From NCBI GenBank assembly GCA_018658105.1, contig JABHVW010000012.1, positions 9,604-73,603 on the forward strand: a stretch of DNA of 64,000 bases. Direction: 5' to 3'. The DNA is from Candidatus Peregrinibacteria bacterium. Lineage in GTDB: Bacteria > Patescibacteriota > Gracilibacteria > UBA1369 > 2-02-FULL-48-14. Below are positions 10,201 to 17,539 of this stretch, in pieces. Both the position numbers and the translations under genes were made by a program. The notes under the pieces were generated by a model that saw only the letters and a list, made by a program, of their open reading frames with translations, had not been told where the DNA came from and searched no databases. How positions within the stretch are numbered: the stretch's first letter is position 1; each line of letters begins with the position of its first letter.

Positions 10201-10655
10201 AATGTATAACCTGAGTATTGCCCAACTTCGTACTCTCCAATAATTTCAGGGGTGTCAGTGAAGGTAAAGTTTGATTCATCTAGCCCTCCAATGAATTGAC
10301 CTGCTTTGTTTTTAACTTTCAAGCGAAGTACGAATTCTGAAGAAACTGGTGCGCCACCATCTATTATTAGATCGATTTCATCTAGGTCTATTTCCCCTAA
10401 ACGTGCTTCATATTCCTCTTCAGTTATAAATTCATACCCTTCTGGTAAACCTTCTTCAAATGTGGCAACTGCTAGTGGATCGTCACAAATTTCATCATGG
10501 TGTGGAGTTCCATCAAGATCCTCCCAATAAAAGTCGATACATTCTGGTTCGATCACTGGCTCTAATGCACCTTTGAATAGATTCGTATTGCTTAGTGCAA
10601 ATGCGAGTCCACCGATTATTAGCACTCCAAGAAGGGCGTAAAAGAATTTTTTCAT
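7299..10655 (-). CDS. Giant SLH-anchored surface protein (1118 aa): signal-anchor, two Cys-pair modules, long TSP3-like acidic repeat array, 3 SLH domains
   Basis: ORF track. The N-terminus MKKFFYALLGVLIIGGLAFALSNTNLFKG is paralogous to its neighbours. About 11 repeats of DTDGDxLxDGxEVNxxGTDPL. The C-terminal SLH triplet aligns with the 2343..7286 protein. Only 12 nt separate it from the downstream gene. Confidence 0.9.
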   Translation of the reverse strand: MKKFFYALLGVLIIGGLAFALSNTNLFKGALEPVIEPECIDFYWEDLDGTPHHDEICDDPLAVATFEEGLPEGYEFITEEEYEARLGEIDLDEIDLIIDGGAPVSSEFVLRLKVKNKAGQFIGGLDESNFTFTDTPEIIGEYEVGQYSGYTFEGEVISQKVYKFVFPYSFDFTLEVHDIDGYIDQTLPDVYEPLEDFVDVEPSLILSDHGYTITVNEVDGAGITDANVSIPSEGPDGLDCIHLTHGSIGRDGVYGCNAGIRPDLIYYSVDHDDVTYHTSERRPLITNQFDTSRNTHDDPQVTDEVTLYQVGLDSDGGGVDDFQETIDGTDPLNDADDLKYAYIRAKITDEAGRKIGGLSKENFQAFSDEEELIPATVVEATEDIEDYILAIKYDPATYFEEHSDLFYYIKVIDNEGFVNTRSEYSMLSNRELGIYIGETIKMDHSHIVRVFSGAEGYIDYASVIILDDIANIPCHYLPLYEQDGSYGCAQPLSTIGDTITYQANTFGHLSTQEADHPEIRTAHSDPAVIVSISINMDSDGDGLADNEETYLHLTLPDNPDTDGDGLSDGDEVLVYGSDPLLPDTDGDTLTDGNEVNVHGTSPTEADTDFGTIDDGTEVNRGSDPLDPDDDLPEDPGGPLEPIDTDGDGLTDDDEINIHGTDPLLDDTDGDDLLDGAEVNTYGTDPRLPDTDEDGLNDGEEVNTHFTDPLDADTDNDTLLDGAEVNTHETDPLLADTDGGTVDDGTEVNINLTDPLDPLDDVRSEPEEPTYACTSLDLSPDDFRVLERDNGTIEILLDIELEVEEIEDEVALPNWFRQIFAFSQVFLSEEPAIDWLGTLKLETTGTGTFPNGETSYELEVNSEEEIQVIYSGASIDDIITASIIGEETDCTDTLNIQEEKPVPNPETDNDNNKTDFTCHSDPFIDTRGAFGEELWYTDPACIGWELGVVEGKTAYLFDPVTNVTRAEYLAMLLRAAGVYASEGYYIDTNFADMPDEHWARDYFAIAYARGVIHAEEFGFVNPDLPATRSDMLVWFARLYNFTLYDFEIRQYCSDINQYDPYAYAFALAAQWDVEMPTGHMTTILTGNPDGTCSPSGYMNRAEAVTFTLRVLAGAGRLDL
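8380..9050 (-). repeat. Coding tandem array of thrombospondin type-3-like Ca-binding repeats (about 23-aa, 69-bp period)
   Basis: Periodic DxDxDGxxDxxE motifs read from MDSDGDGLADNEE to DPLDPLDD. Similar arrays occur at 1-330, about 11340-11640, about 12240-12440 and about 38760-39200. Confidence 0.8.
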
Positions 10656-10666
10656 GTATAAATTAT

Positions 10667-13600
10667 TTATTCAAGAGATTCTGAGAATCCTTGTGCAATG
10701 TAAAGTCTAACTATGAATGCAGCGGCTTCTGCGCGGTTTGTGAATGCGTTTGGCCTACAAGTTTCGTCTTCGAATCCTGTGATTATATTTGTGAAATCAT
10801 CGTCGTAGTATACTTCTGTATTTGTCATTGCTGCCCATGCTTCATATGAATCGTCATCTTCATCAATGTCGTCACATACATCTGGGTCTAGTTCAAAGTC
10901 ATCGTCCCATTCGTATAAGTCGTAAGCCCATGTAACCATGTCTTCACGAGTTGCATTGTCGTTAGGGTAAACATAAAGTTCGTTTTCTAGTAGGCCTTCT
11001 TCTTTAGCTAGGCCAATGTAGTTGTAGTACCAGTCGCCAGGGTTAACATCGATGTAACTTTGAGGAACATCGTAACCTGAGAATTCAGAGAAACCAGCAT
11101 TTAGCAGTAGCATCTTAAGAATTTCGGCTCTAGTAACTTCGTCTTCAGGCACATAGTGTAGTCGGTCACGTCCACGAATTATTCCCCATTTATATAGGGT
11201 ACAAACTGTATCTGTGTACCAACGTCCTTCACCGTCTCCTTCTCGTGTATCAAGAAAAGGGTCATTACAATCTCTTTCAAGAATGTCATTCTTTTCTTTC
11301 TCATCAATAACAACTTCTATTACATCGTCCTCTGGATCTAGAGGATCTGTAGCATCTTCTTCAAGATCTACAATTACTTCTTTACCGTCATCGACTCCAC
11401 CATCATCTGTATCAGCATCAAGTGGGTCAGTAAGGTAAATAAGAACTTCATCGCTATCTGATAGATCGTCATCGTCTGAGTCACTATCTGTAGGATCTGT
11501 AAAGTATGTGAAGATCTCATCGTAATCATTTAGTAAGTCTCCATCTGTATCTGCAAGGAGAGGGTCAGTTATGTAGCCGTTGTCTTCGCTTAGTTCGTCT
11601 TCGTCTAGAATTCCGTCTTCATCTGTATCTAGAGGAGCAAGAATAATTGTTTCGATCAGAGTTGCTTCTGCAATTACTGCGGGGTCTGCTTGATCTGTTC
11701 TTGTTTCAAGAAAGGCACTTTTTATAGTGTCGTAGCCTTCGTATTCGACTGAATAGTCATAGGGAAGGGCAAGTGGATCTTCATTTATTTCAAGAAGACA
11801 ACCATAAGTGCCTTCTGTAGCGGCTTCAGCTAGATATTCACAAACTGTGTCTTCGCCTGCAGTTACAGTTGCGTCTAAAATTGGGCTTTCTTCAGCATCT
11901 TTAACAATGATCTTGTATCCCATTTCCATACGCATTGTTTGGAGTGCGCCACCTTCTAAAGTTGCGGATGCGGTTACGCTTTCGATTTTTGTATTGTCTA
12001 CATAACCGGAGATATTTCCTACTTTTATTGTATGTTCGTCTTGGCTGCGAACTGCGATTTCATAATAAGATGAATCTATATTTTCAGTTACGCTGAGGAC
12101 TTTGTTATGCAGTTCTTCGTCTGGGAAAAATGCTCGAATGTTTAAATAGCCAAGATCACTTATAATGTTGTCTGGCTCAGCTTTTGTATTTTTTATGCGA
12201 AGTCGAATGTATCCAGTGAGAACGATGTCGTCAGTGGGGTCATCGATTGCATTGGTTCCATCTGCGATTTCGGCTAAATCGTCTGCACCACCACCGTCGG
12301 TGTCAGCAAGGATAGGGCTTGTTTCGTGAATTCTTACTTCATCCCAATCTGATAGGCCATCTCCGTCGGTATCGACTTTTGTGTCTAGTGTGCCTAGTGC
12401 TTCTTCTTCGGTAAGTGAGAGGCCGTCTCCATCTTCGTCGGTGAGGTCTACGCCGAGTGCAACAGTAACCAGAACTTGTGCGTCGTTTCCTCCAGTTCTA
12501 ATGCTAGGGAAGTTTGCGACAGCGTCTTCATCGTAGTCAGGATGGCTCACTGTATAAGTGATAATTGTGTCGGCTGATTCTGAAGGTTTTTGGTCACAGC
12601 CATATAGTTCGACACTTGGCATGTATGTACATGAGCCTTCAATTAAATCTTCTTTTGTAGTAATTGTTGCGTCATCGAGAATTGTTCCCAGTGGATCTGT
12701 AATTTCTAGGGCATAGCCGGGGATAAGTACGATATCTTGAGGGAAGAGTTTTCTTTTATCGGTTGAGATTTTGAGGTTTCTATCTTGGATTTGGTGGTTG
12801 ACGTATCCATTTGGAAGGTCTTTTAATGTGAGCTTGTCGTATCCATCTCCGGAGTCTTCATAAACTTCTATGACGTAAATAGTGTAGTGATATCTTGTAT
12901 CAAGACCGCTTGGGTCTATGTAGTGCCATGAATCATTCGTTTCGACGGAAAGAATTGTTCTTGATTCACCACCTATTAGTTTGAAATTATCTATGTCGAG
13001 AGTTTCTCTTGGTATAGCGCCGTTTTGATTTGTTATATTTAGACGAATCCAGGCGCTGGTACCATCACCGCCTGCTTCGGCATCTGTTGCATATGAGGCT
13101 GCCATGTCAGCACTATCACGCGCGTCGTCACGGTCGATTTCGGCGGTGGTCTGTATGGCTAGACCATCTTTATGAGCAGTCTTAGCCTCGCTGAGCTCCC
13201 CTTCAGTGGGAATCGCAACTTCGACTTCGGGCGGGTACCCTTGAAGAATTACCAGTTCGCCTTCAAGGCTTTCGAGTTTATCTACCTGCACACCTATATT
13301 GCGGACCTGTATGTTTCTTTTGCCTTCTGCTGCCTCTAGTGCAGGTATTGCAATGTCTTGCCATGCATCCCAGGCATTGTCCATTTCTACCCTCTGTACG
13401 GTGCAGAGATCACTGTCACTTGCTATACATACGTCGAAGTAGCTTTTTTTGGTTCTGTAGTCTAGTTCAGCTGCAGCTTCCTCTTCTTCTTTGAGAATGA
13501 CATCTGCCTCCAAATCCTCTATGAGTTCTTCTAGGTCTTCTATTTCCTCTTTAGTATCTTTTATTTCTTTCTCTATTACATCTATTTCTGCATTTATTCT

Positions 13601-13996
13601 GGTAACTTCATCAGATAAGTCATCTATAAAAGGTTGAATTCTGTCATATGTCTCTTCTGCTTCAGAGGCTTCGATTTCGGCGCTGTCGGCAGCGATTTGA
13701 GCTGTATCTGCGTGGCCTATTTGCTCTTCTGAGAGGGGAATGCTAGTAAAGCTAAGATCCATTTCTTCACGAGCTGTGGCTTCATATTTGGCTGCTTCGC
13801 TTGCGTTTGTAGTAATTAAACTTGCCAGACTTGCGGGGCTGCGAAGGAAATAATCTTCTGTTGGCTCTGAGTCACCTCCAAATTCACCTCCAAAGTGACC
13901 TCCAAATTCACCTTTAAATAGTCCAGTTTCACTGAAAGTGAAAGTAATTCCGGCGATCACAATTAGTCCCGTGAGGAAATAGAAGAGTTTTTTCAT
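10667..13996 (-). CDS. Giant SLH-anchored surface protein (about 1109 aa): signal-anchor, Gly-rich and coiled-coil region, two Cys-pair modules, TSP3-like repeats, 3 SLH domains
   Basis: The ORF track runs to 14035. I prefer the internal ATG at 13996 (MKKLFYFLTGLIVIAGITFTFSETGLFKG) because it aligns with the MKK starts of the paralogs and leaves the upstream palindrome non-coding. Confidence 0.85.
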   Translation of the reverse strand: MKKLFYFLTGLIVIAGITFTFSETGLFKGEFGGHFGGEFGGDSEPTEDYFLRSPASLASLITTNASEAAKYEATAREEMDLSFTSIPLSEEQIGHADTAQIAADSAEIEASEAEETYDRIQPFIDDLSDEVTRINAEIDVIEKEIKDTKEEIEDLEELIEDLEADVILKEEEEAAAELDYRTKKSYFDVCIASDSDLCTVQRVEMDNAWDAWQDIAIPALEAAEGKRNIQVRNIGVQVDKLESLEGELVILQGYPPEVEVAIPTEGELSEAKTAHKDGLAIQTTAEIDRDDARDSADMAASYATDAEAGGDGTSAWIRLNITNQNGAIPRETLDIDNFKLIGGESRTILSVETNDSWHYIDPSGLDTRYHYTIYVIEVYEDSGDGYDKLTLKDLPNGYVNHQIQDRNLKISTDKRKLFPQDIVLIPGYALEITDPLGTILDDATITTKEDLIEGSCTYMPSVELYGCDQKPSESADTIITYTVSHPDYDEDAVANFPSIRTGGNDAQVLVTVALGVDLTDEDGDGLSLTEEEALGTLDTKVDTDGDGLSDWDEVRIHETSPILADTDGGGADDLAEIADGTNAIDDPTDDIVLTGYIRLRIKNTKAEPDNIISDLGYLNIRAFFPDEELHNKVLSVTENIDSSYYEIAVRSQDEHTIKVGNISGYVDNTKIESVTASATLEGGALQTMRMEMGYKIIVKDAEESPILDATVTAGEDTVCEYLAEAATEGTYGCLLEINEDPLALPYDYSVEYEGYDTIKSAFLETRTDQADPAVIAEATLIETIILAPLDTDEDGILDEDELSEDNGYITDPLLADTDGDLLNDYDEIFTYFTDPTDSDSDDDDLSDSDEVLIYLTDPLDADTDDGGVDDGKEVIVDLEEDATDPLDPEDDVIEVVIDEKEKNDILERDCNDPFLDTREGDGEGRWYTDTVCTLYKWGIIRGRDRLHYVPEDEVTRAEILKMLLLNAGFSEFSGYDVPQSYIDVNPGDWYYNYIGLAKEEGLLENELYVYPNDNATREDMVTWAYDLYEWDDDFELDPDVCDDIDEDDDSYEAWAAMTNTEVYYDDDFTNIITGFEDETCRPNAFTNRAEAAAFIVRLYIAQGFSESLE

Positions 13997-14012
13997 GCGC
14001 GCGTGGATTAGT

Positions 14013-14082
14013 GCCCTATATGTAAGGGCATTCAATAATTAAATATGATACTTTTGTTTATTTCAACCCTTACATATAGGGC
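14013..14082 (-). promoter_or_regulatory. 5' UTR structure: 17-nt arms (14013-14029 and 14066-14082) that are near-perfect reverse complements, enclosing a 36-nt loop
   Basis: GCCCTATATGTAAGGGC at 14013-14029 and ACCCTTACATATAGGGC at 14066-14082. In the minus-strand RNA they give 16 Watson-Crick pairs plus one G-U. The element lies between a predicted promoter and the ATG at 13996. Confidence 0.55.
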
Positions 14083-14094
14083 ATCAATCTTGTA

Positions 14095-14123
14095 ATTATA
14101 GCATGAATTCACTTTTTCAACAA
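14095..14123 (-). promoter_or_regulatory. Sigma70-like promoter for the giant surface-protein operon (TTGTTG-17-TATAAT on the minus strand)
   Basis: TATAAT is the reverse complement of 14095-14100 and TTGTTG the reverse complement of 14118-14123, with a 17-nt spacer. It sits just downstream of the trpS stop. Confidence 0.45.
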
Positions 14124-14133
14124 GAGTTTGTGG

Positions 14134-15099
14134 CTAGGAGAGGCCTGTTTTTACGTATACATCTGACATTGTTGTGATGGCGATCTTTTGTGCTTTTTTT
14201 GCACCTTCATGCATTATTTCTTTAATGTTATCTGATTCAGCAAGTTTTGTGCGGCGTTCGCGAGCTTCGGCGAAGTGTTCAATAATTTTGTTCAACAATG
14301 CTTTTTTGGCATTGCCATAGCCAAATCCACCGGCTTTGTAGTTTGCTTTGAGCTCATCTAGCTCGGCTGAACTAGAAAATTGTTCATAAAGTCCAAGGAT
14401 AATATCATTTTCAATTGGCATTGGCTCAGCTAGCTCAATACTGGCTGTAGTAATGCTCATTACTTGTTTTTTAATTGTGGCTTCATCTTCGAAAATTCCA
14501 ATAGTATTGTTGTAACTTTTGCTCATTTTTTGACCGTCTGTACCTATTATAGTTGCAACATCCTCAGGGATGTCTGGTTCAGGTAAGGTGAATGTATCGC
14601 CGAAAGTATTATTAAACTTTTCAGCAATGTCTCTTGCGATTTCAACATGTTGTTTTTGGTCTTTTCCAACAGGCACGCTATCTGCATTGTAGAGCAAAAT
14701 GTCTGCAGCCATTAAGATTGGATATGTGAACAGGCCTGCATTCATTTCGCGATTGCCTTTTGCTTTAGTGTCTTTCCAAGCATGGGCTCTTTCGAGTAAA
14801 CCGTGTGGTGTGATTGTTGAAAGAATCCAAGCTAGTTCAGCGTGCATTGGTATGTCGCTTTGAAAAAAGAAGATCGCTTTTTCTGGGTCTAGGCCAAGCG
14901 CAAGATAATCTAGGGCAATGCCTCTGCGATATTCGCGCATAAGGTCAGCATCCCTAAGAGTCGTGAGGGCGTGGTAATCTGCAACCATATAAATGCACTC
15001 ATTGTTTTTTTCTTGAAGTGCGATATGTTGCCTAATTGCTCCGAGATAATTGCCGACATGTGGTCTGCCGGTTGGTTTTACACCTGAAAGAATTCTCAT
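14134..15099 (-). CDS. trpS: Tryptophan--tRNA ligase
   Basis: Class I synthetase motifs: PTGRPHVGNY (HIGH-type) and KMSKS. At 321 aa it is typical for TrpRS. Confidence 0.93.
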   Translation of the reverse strand: MRILSGVKPTGRPHVGNYLGAIRQHIALQEKNNECIYMVADYHALTTLRDADLMREYRRGIALDYLALGLDPEKAIFFFQSDIPMHAELAWILSTITPHGLLERAHAWKDTKAKGNREMNAGLFTYPILMAADILLYNADSVPVGKDQKQHVEIARDIAEKFNNTFGDTFTLPEPDIPEDVATIIGTDGQKMSKSYNNTIGIFEDEATIKKQVMSITTASIELAEPMPIENDIILGLYEQFSSSAELDELKANYKAGGFGYGNAKKALLNKIIEHFAEARERRTKLAESDNIKEIMHEGAKKAQKIAITTMSDVYVKTGLS

Positions 15100-15133
15100 A
15101 GTCTATTTATACCGTATTGTGTAATGTTGGTCT

Positions 15134-15529
15134 ATGAATTATTGGCTTTTAAAAACTGAACCTGATTGTTATAACTGGAGCGAAATGCTTACAGACAAGA
15201 AGACTGAATGGGATGGTATTCATAACTATCAGGCTAGGAATTTTATGCGAGAAATGAAGAAAGGTGACAAGGCTTTTTTCTATCATACGGGTGGTGAGAG
15301 GCGAATTATGGGCATTGTAGAGATTATTAAAGAGGCTTACCCAGACCCAGAAGATGAGCGATGGACTTGGGTGGATGTGAAAATGTTAAAGGGTCTTGAG
15401 CGGCCAATTGGGCTGCGTGAGCTTAAAGAGCACCCGGGGTTTCCACCTGATATGAAGCTTTTTAAGCAAGGGAGGTTGTCTGTTGTTCCAATTGAAAAGC
15501 AAGAGTGGAATTTAATTTTGAGTCTATAA
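15134..15529 (+). CDS. EVE (PUA-like) domain protein
   Basis: MNYWLLKTEPDCYNW...WDGIHNYQARNFMREMKKGDKAFFYHTG...IMGIVEI matches the EVE/thymocyte-nuclear-protein-1-like pattern. Confidence 0.8.
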   Translation: MNYWLLKTEPDCYNWSEMLTDKKTEWDGIHNYQARNFMREMKKGDKAFFYHTGGERRIMGIVEIIKEAYPDPEDERWTWVDVKMLKGLERPIGLRELKEHPGFPPDMKLFKQGRLSVVPIEKQEWNLILSL

Positions 15530-15531
15530 AT

Positions 15532-17481
15532 TTAGACGGTGTGTACAGGGTCTACATCTATGCGCCAATTTTCTAAGGCTTCTTTGTTGGCTTTGATTAA
15601 TTCACTCGGAGTCGGGCCTTCAATTATTATATGCCAATAGTATTTATTGTTAATTCGTGGGATAAGTGCGGGGGATGAATAAATTTTATGTTCAGTGTCG
15701 GTGTTTAATATTGCTTTTAATTTTTGCGCAGCTAAGGCGCTGGCTTCTTTTGAGTCTGTGACATGAATTAATTTGATAATCTTGCAAAAAGGGGGAAGGA
15801 TTGCGGCTTCTCTTGCGCTAATTTCTTGTTCATAAAAGCTGTCATAGTCGTGTTTTTTACTGTGGACTAGGGAAGGGTGGCCTGGGTTGTAGGTCTGAAT
15901 GAATACATCTCCTTGGGTTTCACGGCGGCCGGATCTTCCTGCAACTTGAGTGAGTAGCTGAAAGCTGCGTTCACTGGCTCTAAAGTCTGGAATATGTAAA
16001 CCCATGTCTGCGAGGATTACGCCGACAAGAGAAACTTTGGCAATGTCGAAGCCTTTCCCAATCATTTGTGTTCCTACTAAAATATCAATTTCACCTGCGT
16101 TTAAGGCTTTGTGCAGTTTGTCGAAACTGTCTTTTTTGCTCATGGTGTCGCGGTCTGCACGATGAATGCGAGCAGTGGGGAAGAGCTTTCTAAGTTCACT
16201 TTCTACTTTTTCTGTACCTGTTCCAAAATGTTTTATTCTAGTGCTTTTGCAGTTTGCACAGTTGTCCTGCATTTTTTCGATGATGCCACAGTGATGACAT
16301 ATTAAGGTTTTATGTTTTAGTTTTCGAGCATGGTAGGTGAGTTTAGTATCGCAATTCTTACATGAAATTGCTAAACCACAGTCACGACAAACCGTTGCAG
16401 ATGCTGAACCACGTCGATTTAAAAATAATATGATTTGCTCTTTTTTCTCTAAAGTTGAGCTAATTTTTTGTTCAAGTTTGTAGCTGAACATGCTGTAGTT
16501 TCCTCCTTTTAGTTCTTCACGCATATCGACGATTTCTACTTTTGGTAATTCTGTGCCAGAAAATCGTTCTTTTATAGTGAAGAGTTTGTATTCTTCGATT
16601 TTGGCATTATACATACTTTCAATGCTTGGTGTTGCAGAGCCGAGCACAACTTGGCAGCCTAATAAGTCGCGCATTTTTTTTGCGAGATCTCTAGCGTGAT
16701 AGCGTGGGCTTTGATCTTGTTTATAGGTCCATTCATGTTCTTCGTCCATAATGATTATTCCTAGGTCGTGAAATGGTGAAAACATTGCAGATCGAGAGCC
16801 AATGATTAGTTTACATTCACCACTGTATATTTTTCGCCAATTCTCGGCTCTTTTGCCATCGCTTAATCTGCTGTGAATTACTGCTGTATCAGTTGAAATC
16901 TCCTCAAAATATTTAAGTAGTTGAGGTGTTAATGAAATTTCAGGAACAAGTAGCAAAGCTTGTTTGCCTTCTGCAATTTTTGCATTTATTAATTGTTTGT
17001 ATATTTCAGTTTTGCCTGAACCTGTTATTCCGTGAATTAGAGAAACGCCAGGCTTGTCGTTTAAGATTGAATCTACAATTTCTTTTTGTTCTTTGTTTAG
17101 TTTTTTTAATTTTACACTTTTATTTTTTATGTTATCTTTTTTTCTGGCACGTTCTTTTTTTGGTACACGCCAAATATGTTTTGGAAGGAATAAACGTAGT
17201 GCGTCGTATTCTGAACAAAAATAGTATTCAGAAATCCATTTAATTAAGTCTAGCTGCCATTTTTTGAGCAGTAGATTTGGGTCTAAAAGTTGACTAATCT
17301 CTTTGGTTTGAAACTCTGGCTTCTGTTTATTTATCTTTAATATAATGCCTGCTTCCTTTTTATTTCGAAAAGGTACAACAACACCACTGCCGATTTCTGC
17401 ATTTAAATCTTCAGGAATTTCGTAAACGAAGCTTTTTTGTTTACGGGAATATGCGTGATTTAGTAGTACTTCTGCGAACAT
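15532..17481 (-). CDS. priA: Primosomal protein N' (replication restart helicase PriA)
   Basis: Walker A GITGSGKTE, DEEHE box, Cys-rich zinc insertion (CRDCG...CKNCD...CHHCG...CANC), and C-terminal helicase motifs TQMIGKGFD and QVAGRSGR. Confidence 0.92.
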   Translation of the reverse strand: MFAEVLLNHAYSRKQKSFVYEIPEDLNAEIGSGVVVPFRNKKEAGIILKINKQKPEFQTKEISQLLDPNLLLKKWQLDLIKWISEYYFCSEYDALRLFLPKHIWRVPKKERARKKDNIKNKSVKLKKLNKEQKEIVDSILNDKPGVSLIHGITGSGKTEIYKQLINAKIAEGKQALLLVPEISLTPQLLKYFEEISTDTAVIHSRLSDGKRAENWRKIYSGECKLIIGSRSAMFSPFHDLGIIIMDEEHEWTYKQDQSPRYHARDLAKKMRDLLGCQVVLGSATPSIESMYNAKIEEYKLFTIKERFSGTELPKVEIVDMREELKGGNYSMFSYKLEQKISSTLEKKEQIILFLNRRGSASATVCRDCGLAISCKNCDTKLTYHARKLKHKTLICHHCGIIEKMQDNCANCKSTRIKHFGTGTEKVESELRKLFPTARIHRADRDTMSKKDSFDKLHKALNAGEIDILVGTQMIGKGFDIAKVSLVGVILADMGLHIPDFRASERSFQLLTQVAGRSGRRETQGDVFIQTYNPGHPSLVHSKKHDYDSFYEQEISAREAAILPPFCKIIKLIHVTDSKEASALAAQKLKAILNTDTEHKIYSSPALIPRINNKYYWHIIIEGPTPSELIKANKEALENWRIDVDPVHTV

Positions 17482-17539
17482 ACGCTTAGCTTAACACAAA
17501 AGTTTTTATATTTTTAGATTCTGTGATTTAATTTATTTG

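Noticed and set aside
13997-14035. Upstream ATG (14035) as the start of the third giant surface gene
   Set aside because: The 13 extra residues (MNALTYRALIHAR) have no counterpart in the three paralogs, which all start MKK/LKK right at the hydrophobic segment. The stretch also contains one arm of the 17-nt inverted repeat. This remains uncertain without experimental data.
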